NCBI GenBank assembly: GCA_964410325.1 | Contig: CAYPFN010000005.1 | Span: 9,087-73,086, forward strand | From: an uncultured Azospirillaceae bacterium | GTDB lineage: Bacteria > Pseudomonadota > Alphaproteobacteria > RF32 > CAG-239 | DNA length: 64,000 nucleotides | Direction of reading: 5' to 3' | Shown: piece by piece, positions 41,330-50,906 of the stretch | Layout: each line of letters begins with the position of its first letter | How positions within the stretch are numbered: position 1 is the first letter of the stretch | Program-made: the position numbers and the translations under genes | Notes under the pieces: model-generated | Told to the model about the DNA's origin: nothing | Seen by the model: only the letters and a program-made list of their open reading frames with translations | Databases searched by the model: none

Positions 41330-42697
41330 TTATTCCGGTATAACACTTACGCAAAAACCATTCTCGGTATTTTCAAACCGCAGATTGCAATGATAATAAT
41401 CAGCAATCAATTTTACAATCGAAAGCCCCAGTCCGCTACCTTTTTCATTTTGACCAGACGGCCGGTAAAAACGCTGACCGAGCTTGGAAAGGTGTTCCTC
41501 TTCAATTTTAACACCACTGTTAGAAATTTTAAATTCATGTTCATCGGACGTTAAAATTATCTCTGCCCCTTCTGGACTGTACTTTACGGCATTCTCAACC
41601 AAATTGCGAATAAGCGTTGCAATTAACGCCTGACTGCCTTTGTCAACCGGACCAGCAGCCACCGTCCGGAAAATAAATTTAATTTTCTTTTTCATGGCTT
41701 TTTGTTCATATTCACCGCAAACAGTCCGCGCAATTTCCCGCCAATCTAAAACATCTTTTTCCTGTTCATCAGCGGCCAAAGAAACATCTAAACGCGACAA
41801 AGCCAGAAGCTGCTCCACCAGATGCACCGCCCGCCGCAAACCCTGTGCAAGATTTTTCACCGCTTTTTCCCTAGCCTGCTTATCATCCGCGGACATTTCC
41901 AACACCTCAAGTTGCACATTAAGCGCCGTCAAAGGCGTGCGCAGTTCATGTGCGGCATCCGCCACAAAACGCCGCTCCCTTTGAAAAGTACTTTCAATGC
42001 GATAAAGCAAACCATTAACGGCATTAACCAGTGGCATAATTTCACTAGGCAGACCGTCGGCCGAAAGTGGCGAGAGATCTTCGGAACAACGCCGTTTTAT
42101 ATCCCCAACCAACTCGCGCAACGGCTGAAACTCCCGAACAATCACCCAAAGCATTAAAATCAAAAGCACCAACAGGCCGATAATCCACGGCGTCATAAAT
42201 TCTTCAATCATGTCCCAGGCGATATCGCTGCGATATTCCAGCTCCTGCCCGACCGCAATAATAAAATTGCCGTCGGCTGATTTAATACGAATAATCCGCC
42301 ACCAGTCACCGTCATTTTTTTCATTAAAAAACGCGCCTGTCTGCGTTTGGTAAGCAAAATGCTTACCTTCTTCATTATCGTCAAAAATCCGTCGCCCGTT
42401 TAAATCAAACACGGCAAAACCGATAGCATCGTCATCATCGTCGGCATGGCGTATGTCTTTCAAGACCTTATTGGTTTTATCTCTTATTTCTGAATCAATA
42501 TGTCGCCAGTCTGCCGAGGCAAGGCTGCGGGCCAGAGCCATCTGATAAGTATCAAAAAACTCATCAATGGATTCTTTAGTTTCTTTCCATGACAAAGCAC
42601 TGGCCAGTGCGCCGACAACCGCAAAGACCAGCGTAAAAACAATCATCAAGCGGGTTTTTAAACTGAATTTTTTCATTAAAAATCTCCATCTTGCCAC
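41330..42697 (-). CDS. sensor histidine kinase, QseC-like
   Basis: H-box ADAAHELRTPL, periplasmic loop between 2 TM. Confidence 0.85.
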   Translation of the reverse strand: MARWRFLMKKFSLKTRLMIVFTLVFAVVGALASALSWKETKESIDEFFDTYQMALARSLASADWRHIDSEIRDKTNKVLKDIRHADDDDDAIGFAVFDLNGRRIFDDNEEGKHFAYQTQTGAFFNEKNDGDWWRIIRIKSADGNFIIAVGQELEYRSDIAWDMIEEFMTPWIIGLLVLLILMLWVIVREFQPLRELVGDIKRRCSEDLSPLSADGLPSEIMPLVNAVNGLLYRIESTFQRERRFVADAAHELRTPLTALNVQLEVLEMSADDKQAREKAVKNLAQGLRRAVHLVEQLLALSRLDVSLAADEQEKDVLDWREIARTVCGEYEQKAMKKKIKFIFRTVAAGPVDKGSQALIATLIRNLVENAVKYSPEGAEIILTSDEHEFKISNSGVKIEEEHLSKLGQRFYRPSGQNEKGSGLGLSIVKLIADYYHCNLRFENTENGFCVSVIPE

Positions 42698-42712
42698 ATC
42701 CGGAATACACTC

Positions 42713-43369
42713 CTATTCCTCCATGATATAACCGATTTTGTTAATAGTCCGCACCACATCTTTGCCCAATTTTTTACGCAGATGATGCACATGCACCTCC
42801 ACCGCATTGCTTTGCACATCATCATCCCATGAATAAAGTTTCTCTTCAATAACCGCTTTGGAAAGCACGCGATTTTTATTAAGCAGCAACAACTCCAACA
42901 ACGCCACTTCCCGCGGCGCCAGTTCCACTGAAACACCGTTTTTTGTAACCTGTTTAGTTGCCGGATTAAATTTAATATCCTTAAAACATATCTCTGCCAC
43001 GGCATAACCGCCCTGCCGGCGTATCAGCGCATTCAGGCGGGCAATAACTTCCTTGAGCGAAAACGGCTTGGCCAGATAATCATCAGCACCTTTGTTTAAG
43101 CCTAAAATCCGGCTATCAACATCGCCCCGTGCCGTCAAAATCAGCACCGGCTCAATTTTACCTTTATCACGCCAGTGCTTTAAAATTGTCAGACCGTCGA
43201 TTTCGGGCAGCCCCAAATCAAGAATAACAACGGCGTAAGGCGCTTGGAAAAGCGCCTCTTCACCATCGGCCCCGTTATCAAACCAGTCAACATTGAATCC
43301 GTTCTTTTCAAGTCCGGTTTTAATGCCATCGCCGATTAAATTATCATCCTCAATCAGAAGCACACGCAT
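42713..43369 (-). CDS. OmpR-family response regulator, QseB-like
   Basis: MRVLLIEDDNLIGDG...VILDLGLP. Confidence 0.9.
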   Translation of the reverse strand: MRVLLIEDDNLIGDGIKTGLEKNGFNVDWFDNGADGEEALFQAPYAVVILDLGLPEIDGLTILKHWRDKGKIEPVLILTARGDVDSRILGLNKGADDYLAKPFSLKEVIARLNALIRRQGGYAVAEICFKDIKFNPATKQVTKNGVSVELAPREVALLELLLLNKNRVLSKAVIEEKLYSWDDDVQSNAVEVHVHHLRKKLGKDVVRTINKIGYIMEE

Positions 43370-43380
43370 TGTTTATCCAC

Positions 43381-43755
43381 TTATTTCTTAAGCTCTATGG
43401 CGTCCACGTCAATTTCAGTTTTAAAAAAGTCTTTGTCAACCTCGCCTCTGATAACAACCGTATCATTCGGCGTAACCGTTAAGCCACGCCAATCGTCATC
43501 ATCAATTTCCACCGTAACCGAACCGGTATTATCCGAAAACATGTAGCGTTCTCCGCCAAGGCTCTGCTCAATTTTACCTTCCAGCACAACCGCCGTATCA
43601 TCACCCATTTTCAAAGCTTCAGCAACGGTAGAAGTTGACAATCCCGGGCCTTGAAAACCGCCTGTATGAACAGGTCCGTTAAAACCCTGCGCCACAGTGG
43701 CGGATGCAAACCCCAAAACAACCGCCAGCGTCACAACGGATAACATATTTCTCAT
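43381..43755 (-). CDS. YgiW/BOF (OB-fold, DUF388) periplasmic protein
   Basis: 124 aa with signal peptide, immediately upstream of the qseBC-like pair. Confidence 0.7.
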   Translation of the reverse strand: MRNMLSVVTLAVVLGFASATVAQGFNGPVHTGGFQGPGLSTSTVAEALKMGDDTAVVLEGKIEQSLGGERYMFSDNTGSVTVEIDDDDWRGLTVTPNDTVVIRGEVDKDFFKTEIDVDAIELKK

Positions 43756-43933
43756 AACTTTTCTCCTTAAAATAAAATAGTGTTTGTTTTGTTTACATCC
43801 TTAATTCAACATTACAAACTTAAGGAACGCTTAAGGAAATATTTTTTTATTTTACCCCGAAATTTTTTCTTTAAAACAAGAAAAAGCCATAGAAAACCGC
43901 CATTTTTATACATCAAAAAAATTTATAAACAAA

Positions 43934-44386
43934 TTATGCTTTCGTGATAGATTTAATTTCCGGCGCAAAAATTCTTTCCTTTTCTGCGGCTAGATACCGG
44001 TTGCGGCACGCCGAATCTATACTGCCTTTTTTTAAGGCTTCCGTATAAAACGCAATTTTATAATCCACCTTTTCCATATGCTTTTTTAATTGCCCCAATT
44101 GTTTTTCCAACTGCTCTTTCTGCTTTTTAAACAATTCCAACCGCTCAGAAATCGTTTCATCGCCTTTTAAACACATATCAATATACTGTTTAACATCTTT
44201 AAGGTGCATACCGCAACCTTTAAGGCATTCTATAATAATCAGCCATTCAATATCTTTTTCCGTAAAAACGCGAAGGCCTGAACCGCTCTTGCTCATTGCT
44301 GGTAGCAACCCTTCTTTGTCATAATACCGCAACGTATGGGTTGTCAAACCCATTCTTTTGGCAACCTGACCGATTGTATAACCCAT
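43934..44386 (-). CDS. MerR-family transcriptional regulator
   Basis: MGYTIGQVAKRMGLTTHTLRYYDKEGLLP HTH. Confidence 0.85.
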   Translation of the reverse strand: MGYTIGQVAKRMGLTTHTLRYYDKEGLLPAMSKSGSGLRVFTEKDIEWLIIIECLKGCGMHLKDVKQYIDMCLKGDETISERLELFKKQKEQLEKQLGQLKKHMEKVDYKIAFYTEALKKGSIDSACRNRYLAAEKERIFAPEIKSITKA

Positions 44387-44585
44387 TTTTTCCTCCTGTG
44401 CTCATATCTAAACTGATTCGCCTACTTTGTCAATCAATTGTTTAACCTTAAGTTAACTCTAATCTTTTTATGACTATGAAAAAATACACATCATCAAAAA
44501 TAGCTCTTGACTTAAAGTTAGCTCTAAAGATTAAATTAAAACAAAATAAAAAAATATTTTTAAATACATGATTAAGGAGAAAAAC

Positions 44586-45179
44586 ATGAAAAAACTCACC
44601 ATTATGGCGCTTGCCCTGTTTGCCGTAGCTAACGTGCAGGCAGCCGAAACAAACGACACAAACACTACAACCAACACACTGGAGGAAACCGCAATGGCTC
44701 AGGACGCCCCGAAAATTCTGGTCGCTTATTATTCCTGGTCGGGAAACACCAAAAAAGTTGCTGAAAACATTCATCAAAAAGTCGGTGGCGATATTTTTGA
44801 AATCCAAACCGTGCAAACCTATCCGGAAAAATACCGCGCCACCACGACACAGGCTAAAAAAGAAATTAATGAGGGCTATCGTCCGGAATTAAAAACTGCG
44901 GTTGACAACATTGACCAGTATGACGTTGTCTTTTTAGGTTCACCAAACTGGTGGGGAACAATTGCGCCGGCTGTCAGCACATTTCTGGCCAATTATAATT
45001 TATCAGGCAAAACCATTGTTCCGTTTATCACACATGGTGGTGGCGGTGAGCAAAACACGGTTAAAGACTTAACTGCTCAGTGTAACGGTTGCGTCATTGT
45101 TTCCGAACCATGGGTCGGTTACAGCAGCCGCACCATAGGCATCACTGACTGGTTGGAAGATTTAGGCTATATTGAATAA
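44586..45179 (+). CDS. signal-peptide-bearing flavodoxin-like protein (Flavodoxin_4 type)
   Basis: ATG 44586 after AAGGAG, signal peptide, KILVAYYSWSGNTKKVAENI flavodoxin phosphate-binding loop. Confidence 0.7.
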   Translation: MKKLTIMALALFAVANVQAAETNDTNTTTNTLEETAMAQDAPKILVAYYSWSGNTKKVAENIHQKVGGDIFEIQTVQTYPEKYRATTTQAKKEINEGYRPELKTAVDNIDQYDVVFLGSPNWWGTIAPAVSTFLANYNLSGKTIVPFITHGGGGEQNTVKDLTAQCNGCVIVSEPWVGYSSRTIGITDWLEDLGYIE

Positions 45180-45211
45180 ATAAGTGCTTCCCGATTCTCT
45201 AACACCTTATA

Positions 45212-45242
45212 TAAAAAAACCGGAAAAATTCCGGTTTTTTTT
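45212..45242. terminator. bidirectional terminator between convergent flavodoxin-like genes
   Basis: A7-ACCGGAAAAATTCCGGT-T8. Confidence 0.85.
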
Positions 45243-45256
45243 ACCTTGTGGCAATT

Positions 45257-45886
45257 TTATTTTTGCGACAGCAAATTATTCAGCCAAACCGCAATTTTAT
45301 TATCCACCGCTGCATCATATTTTTCCGGAAGATTGTTAAATGATGCCGGAGCCTGTAAATCTGCATTTTTGGCTTTCATTTCAAAATCTTTGAAAAATGT
45401 GCCGGCATTGCTTCCCTGAGTTGAAAAAGGCACAACTTTTTTACCTTTAAAATCAGTCTGCTCTAAAAAGGCCAACCCCGGTGTCGCTGCCGTATACCAC
45501 CAAACCGGAAACCCAACAAAAACCCAGTCATATTCGGAAAATTCAGGCATTTTTCCTGATAAGGTCGGATATTTTCCTTCTTTAAGCTGTGCACGTGCCT
45601 TCATATAAAACCACAGATTCGTATCAAATTTTTCGGCCGTTTTTATTTCATAGATATCCGCATCGGTCTTAGCCCGGATACGTTCGGCAATGTCCTTGGT
45701 ACGACCGGTTAAAGAATAATAAACCACCAGAACTTTGCCAAAATTGCCGTTAACCGCAACCTGCGCTCCTTGATACGGCGCCATTTCCTTTTTATTTTTC
45801 TGCGCCACCCGGTACAAATGGATTCCGCTGGCCACCAAACTGGCAACCGCGATAACCACAAGCCCGTAAATAACACATTTTAACAT
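45257..45886 (-). CDS. membrane-anchored flavodoxin-like protein (paralog of 44586..45179)
   Basis: N-terminal TM, KVLVVYYSLTGRTKDIAERI. Confidence 0.7.
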   Translation of the reverse strand: MLKCVIYGLVVIAVASLVASGIHLYRVAQKNKKEMAPYQGAQVAVNGNFGKVLVVYYSLTGRTKDIAERIRAKTDADIYEIKTAEKFDTNLWFYMKARAQLKEGKYPTLSGKMPEFSEYDWVFVGFPVWWYTAATPGLAFLEQTDFKGKKVVPFSTQGSNAGTFFKDFEMKAKNADLQAPASFNNLPEKYDAAVDNKIAVWLNNLLSQK

Positions 45887-45951
45887 ACTTTCCCTCCTCC
45901 AAAAACAATTCCCAAAATACTGACGTACTGCTTACATTATAAGCAGATTTT

Positions 45952-46951
45952 TTATTTTGCCAACCGTTTATGCAAAATCTGCAGCAATTTAATTTTCTGC
46001 ATACGGAAAGCCCATAACGCCAAAATTTTTACCGGCCCCAACAGCCAAAACTTAAAATGCTTATCTTTCACAATCGGCTGCAGATAATCGTTAACCAGCG
46101 CATACAGCGCTCGTTCCGCCATTGGCTCGTACCGCTCAAGCACTTCTCCGACAAACATACCATAAGCATATTTGGTTGCCGTTTTATCAAGCAATGTTTG
46201 CACGAAAGGAAATCTTTGTCCCAAACCGACAATTTCCGCAAACAAATCCTGATATTCCGCAATCCGCTTTTCTGAAAGTTTTTGTAACGTCTGCGATGTT
46301 TCAAGTTGGCGATACGCCAAAAGTTCCTGCGTACAGACAACGGCCTTTCGACTGTTAAGCAAAACCTCAATATTAAACAACATATCGTTGATTGCCGGGA
46401 GCTTCAAAGAAAAGCGGATGTTTTTCAAAAGCTCTGCTTTATAAAGCTTCTGCCACATCAAGCTACCGATTTTTTTCTTGTGGCAAAATTTATCGATAAA
46501 CGGTCGTTCTGTTACAAATTTATATGTCGGCAACAGCTCATAATACTCCTTAAAGTTGTACCCCCCCCCGGCCGACAAATTTACAGTAGCTACAGCAGCT
46601 GATATCAGCATCCGTTTCCCGTAGATTATGATATAAAATTTCCAAATACTGCGGATGATAAATATCATCATGATCGCAAAAAGCAATATATTGCCCTTTC
46701 GCTATATCCAAAGCATAATTGCGGCTGGCGCTGCCACCTTGGTTTTCTTGCCGAAAAACTTTAAAACGCGCGTCATTGCCGGCAAATTTTTCCAATATTT
46801 CCTGCGACTTATCCGTTGAACCGTCATTAACGCAGATAACCTCAAAATCCGTAAAAGTCTGTTGTTGGATAGCAACTAAGGTTTCAGCCAAAAAATCTTG
46901 AGCATTATACACTGGAACAATTACCGAAATGCAAACCGTTTTATCCGACAT
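45952..46951 (-). pseudogene. GT2-family glycosyltransferase interrupted by a frameshift at a G9 tract (phase-variable candidate; in frame with 8 or 11 G)
   Basis: N-terminal ORF (MSDKTVCISVIVPVYN...DGSTD...) stops 12 codons after the tract. The C-terminal ORF 45952..46686 continues in the -1 frame. ATG 46951 overlaps the GT4 stop (TGATATG). Confidence 0.75.
46561..46569. repeat. C9 (G9 on coding strand) homopolymer inside GT2 gene
   Basis: Read directly: ...gttgta ccccccccc ggccgac... Confidence 0.95.
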
Positions 46952-46952
46952 A

Positions 46953-48011
46953 TCATCTTCCTCCGACAACCTGTTTAAGACATTTATCCAACGTTTCGGC
47001 AACATTCGTAAGCGAATAAACATTCCGGCATAGCTCATAACCTTTCTGAGCGGTTTTAGCTGCCTCGTCCGGATTATGCAAAATTTTTTCTAAGCAATTT
47101 GCCAAAGCATGATAATTTCCCTTTTCAAACAGATAACCCGCTTCCGGTTGTTTGGCAAAAATCTCGCTCGGCCCTTCCGCCGTAGAAGCGACAACCGGCA
47201 ATGAATATTGCATCGCCTCCAGCAAAACAATCCCAAACGGTTCATAAATCGAAGGCAAAACAAAAACATCTATTTTACCGTAAAAATCATCTTTATCAGA
47301 AATCCAACCCGGTAAATAAACTGCATCCTGCAAATTGTTTTCAGCAATCAGGCGACGGATTAATTCGTCTTCCTGTGGATATTGTGGCTGGCTACTCCCT
47401 GCCAGAACTGCCTTAAAAGGTATTTTATTTTGGCGCAAAAGCGCTAATGCCCGAATAAAATCAGGGAAACCCTTCATCGGGTCAAATCTGCCGATAGCGC
47501 CAATAACCGGCGGATTCCTAAATCCTGAAAAAGGTTTATACGCTTTTTCATATGTCAACATATTCGGAATCACAAAAATCTTTTCTGATTCCAGCCCCTT
47601 GTCAACGAACAAACGTTTTTGATATTCTGTAATGGAAAAAACCGCATCGCATTTATCAATCAGCTTAAATCTCGGATTATGCGCTACGGCAATAATTTTA
47701 ACACCCAAAAGCCGCGCAACCGTTTTGATAATCGGAATAGATTTTTTAGTATGGCAGATGATAAGGTCCGGATTAAATTTTTTAAGTTTAAAATAAAGTG
47801 GCAGAATTAAAAAATAATTATACCGGCTGAACGGCAGAAAAACCGTATCTATGCCGGATCTTTCCAAATCTTTTCTAAGTTTTGTTTTGGTGGAAACCAC
47901 AGCCAAAACCTGATGACCTTTAAGCCGCAGAGCCGCATTGTAATCCAGAAATGCCTGTTCGATGCCACCTAAAATTTTACTGGTCATAACATTGACAATT
48001 TTCATGCGCAT
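46953..48011 (-). CDS. GT4-family glycosyltransferase
   Basis: 352 aa, C-terminal EPFGIVLLEAM motif, coupled to neighbours on both sides. Confidence 0.85.
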   Translation of the reverse strand: MRMKIVNVMTSKILGGIEQAFLDYNAALRLKGHQVLAVVSTKTKLRKDLERSGIDTVFLPFSRYNYFLILPLYFKLKKFNPDLIICHTKKSIPIIKTVARLLGVKIIAVAHNPRFKLIDKCDAVFSITEYQKRLFVDKGLESEKIFVIPNMLTYEKAYKPFSGFRNPPVIGAIGRFDPMKGFPDFIRALALLRQNKIPFKAVLAGSSQPQYPQEDELIRRLIAENNLQDAVYLPGWISDKDDFYGKIDVFVLPSIYEPFGIVLLEAMQYSLPVVASTAEGPSEIFAKQPEAGYLFEKGNYHALANCLEKILHNPDEAAKTAQKGYELCRNVYSLTNVAETLDKCLKQVVGGR

Positions 48012-48014
48012 TTC

Positions 48015-48927
48015 TTAAGCCACCTTCAGCGTTCCATCTAAAAATTTTTCCAAAAACGTTCCGGCGACATTTTTATTTTTATCATATTTATAACTTAATT
48101 TATGAATCTTGGTTTCTTGTTGCAGCTTATTCCACAACCTGTCATCATACGGCGTAAAAAAGTTATGCTCTAAACCATAACAAATATCATCATAATAAAC
48201 AGGTACTTTATCCCAAAGCGCTTTACTTACCGCATCCTGCTCAATCATCAAATCAAAAAACAGATGATACAAAAAATAATTCAGCATATGGTTTTCATGG
48301 CGCCAATATTCAAACATCAGCCGCCGCATATTGCTTATTAGCTGATCTCCTCTTTGGGCTTTCAAAAACCAATTGTTAGATTTAAGATGTGAGCGGGAAT
48401 GAAAAGCAAAAAAATCCGCGCTGGTAATATCTGCTGGCAGAGCCGCCGTAAGAAAAACCGTCGCGTCAATCCAAATGCCACCGTTCTGGCTTAAAAGCGC
48501 CAGCCTGAGCAAATCGGAAAACTCCGTGTTCGTAATATAGCCTTTTCGCCATTTTTCATAAATATATTCTGGAATATCCGCGTATTGGGAAATATTTTCG
48601 TTATCAATAACTGTTAAGGTATACCCCCCCCCGGGTATTATCGCGTATACTTTCCAAACATTTCTTCACCACTGCCGGCGCTTTATCTTCTCCCTGTAGC
48701 CAACAGAGCCATATCCGATCGCCACCGCACTTCGCCACTGGCATTTCCATATTATTGCGCAAAGCATACAAATAACGCTGGAGATATTTCTTTTCCGCCA
48801 CGGTCGTCCATGCCTTAAGCTGCTTTTTGCGTTCCTTTTTATCGGCATAAAGCAATGCCACCGCTAATCTGAAAAATGTTTTCTTCACCCATACATACCA
48901 ATACGCAACCTTTTGCATCTCTGTCAT
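48015..48927 (-). pseudogene. DXD-motif glycosyltransferase (Caps_synth/Gly_transf_sug-like) interrupted by a frameshift at a G9 tract (phase-variable candidate)
   Basis: N-terminal ORF (start ATG 48927) ends ...DNTRGGVYLNSY* after the tract. With 8 G it reads through into ORF 48015..48512 (...GGYTLTVIDNENISQYADIPEYIYEKWRKGYITNTEFSDLLRLALLSQNGGIWIDATVF...). Confidence 0.75.
48624..48632. repeat. C9 (G9 on coding strand) homopolymer inside first glycosyltransferase of the operon
   Basis: Read directly: ...ggtata ccccccccc gggtatt... Confidence 0.95.
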
Positions 48928-49100
48928 CCTTTTTTGATAAGGGCTCAATTTATGATTTATGTATGATTTATAGAGAGGTTATTTCCACAAAATTGTTTAA
49001 TAAAGCCAATCATTAAAAATCTTTGCTAAATTATTTGATAAGAATTTATATTTCAATTCTGCTTTAATAATCTAAAAGGATTTATAGTGTCATACGCTAA

Positions 49101-49766
49101 TCATATTTGAGCGTTGATAATAATAAAAATTTTATACCAAACCGGACTACTTAAAACAATATGTTTTCCCAATTTTCCCCAACTATCATAAAGCCACACA
49201 CCGTTAAAAAAACAATAAACGTTACGTGCGAAACCCCGAACAGTCGGGCAATTCGCACCTTGAGAACTTTTTGTTCCTGCATTTGGTAAATTCATTCCCG
49301 CCCCAGATTTTTTTATTGATGATTTTTGTTCTTTTAATCCAGCCAAGCGTTTTGCCTTCGGCTTTAAGGCGGGCCAAAGCCTCTTTGGTGCACTACTAAA
49401 TAAGATTGCGCTCAATTTCGTCCGACAAGCCGAAAACCCAAGCCAAACTTTACTTCGAATACCCGTTCCCAGCCTGTAGTTATCTTTAATCGTCCAGACC
49501 TGCGTTTCCTTTTGCCTGCAGATATTCAACTGCAAAAGATTGCCCCCAATCCTCGAGAGCGACGGACAAAGCAGAACATCCACCTTTTTCAATTCCTTAA
49601 GAAGCTTGCCCAACTTTCGTTCTTCAAAGTTCTTCGCACCGCTGATAACCTCATACACCCAGCCGTCAATCAGCAACCCATTATACTCTGAAAAAGCATT
49701 GATTTCAAATTATTAATTTTCCAGTGTCTGCTTATCGGTGCTTACTCGTATATATCCATAAATCAT
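49101..49766 (-). pseudogene. small serine recombinase (invertase/resolvase family) pseudogene
   Basis: ATG 49766 gives MIYGYIRVSTDKQTLEN then TAA. The rest continues in another frame (…ERKLGKLLKELKK…LSRIGGNLL…YRLG…), paralogous to 52804..53394. Confidence 0.7.
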
Positions 49767-49887
49767 CTGTCTTCCCCTTATTCAGATATTAAAAAAATCA
49801 AGCTTAATCTCCTCGCACCAACTTGTTGTTTTTAATCTGATATTAAGGAAAACATCATAAAATAATTAAAACTATTGGAGAAAAATC

Positions 49888-50607
49888 ATGAAAAAACTGA
49901 TAATTTACATTTTTTCTGCCATGATTTTAATCAGCGGCGTCAACGCTCAAAGCAATAGCCTGGATGCTGTCCTTTCCGACATTCCGCAAAATCCAGAAAG
50001 TGCTTTGGTCTTTATCCACGGACTTGGTCAAGACGGCATCGCCATGCAAAAAATTGCCGCAAACTTCAAAGATCGGCTTCCAGATACTGCCCTCTTCTAT
50101 CCGACGGCACCAGACAAGGCACCACGTCAAGGCTATCAATGGTTTGTTATTCCAGCCTTTGGGGCTAAAATGGCAGATATTGATATTTATGAAGAAATGT
50201 TGGATGATGCCGTTTCAAATGTTGATGTTTTGCATGAGCTGATTGACAATATTCACAACGAAATGGCTATCCCTTATGAAAACATCCATGTCGCTGGTTT
50301 TTCGCAAGGCGGTTTAATGACCGTTTTAACGGCCTTGACTTATCCGCACCAGCTCGGACGCTCCGTTTCGTTTTCCGGCGTACCGCTTATTCTTACGGAA
50401 GATTTTGACACAGACATTTTGGTTTCCGAACCGGAAATTTTATTAATCCAAGGCGATAACGACAGCATTATTCCGCCAGACAGCCTGAAATTGACTCAAG
50501 AAGCTTTAGAAAGTTTAGGCATCATACCGCAAACGGTCATAATCAACCGCATGCGCCACGAAATTTCCCCCACCGCGCAGCAAAAGATGCTGGAATTTTT
50601 GCAATAA
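49888..50607 (+). CDS. secreted phospholipase/carboxylesterase-family alpha/beta hydrolase
   Basis: Signal peptide, FIHGLGQDG, GFSQGG nucleophile elbow. Confidence 0.8.
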   Translation: MKKLIIYIFSAMILISGVNAQSNSLDAVLSDIPQNPESALVFIHGLGQDGIAMQKIAANFKDRLPDTALFYPTAPDKAPRQGYQWFVIPAFGAKMADIDIYEEMLDDAVSNVDVLHELIDNIHNEMAIPYENIHVAGFSQGGLMTVLTALTYPHQLGRSVSFSGVPLILTEDFDTDILVSEPEILLIQGDNDSIIPPDSLKLTQEALESLGIIPQTVIINRMRHEISPTAQQKMLEFLQ

Positions 50608-50906
50608 CTTGATGTTATGATATTTTTCAAGATTCCACGCCACCTTATCATTGAAACGCTGTCGGGTTACATAATCCAGACTGGGCTGTCTATTTGGAAA
50701 AGAACGGTAAACAGAAACTTTATTTTGTACCTGAAACCTGAACTCCAAAGGCTCTGATTTTATTTTATGGTTTGCAACCAGAAGAAGCCCTGAAGCTTCA
50801 TTGCGGATATAAACATTTAGGGCTCTTGATAATATAATAATTAAACGATATAAAATTTCCCAAAGATATACTCTAAGGTAAGCTAACTTTCTCATCGTAT
50901 TTATCC

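Noticed and set aside
46561-48632. Treating the two G9 tracts purely as sequencing errors and annotating intact genes
   Set aside because: Both need the same -1 change, so an error is possible. But 9-nt G/C runs are themselves rare in this AT-rich DNA and both sit in glycosyltransferase genes. They are reported as candidate contingency loci pending read-level evidence.
50515-50895. 126-aa minus ORF between the esterase and GT8 genes
   Set aside because: It overlaps the esterase 3' end by 90 bp and has no RBS. It is possibly a decayed fragment but not supportable as a gene.
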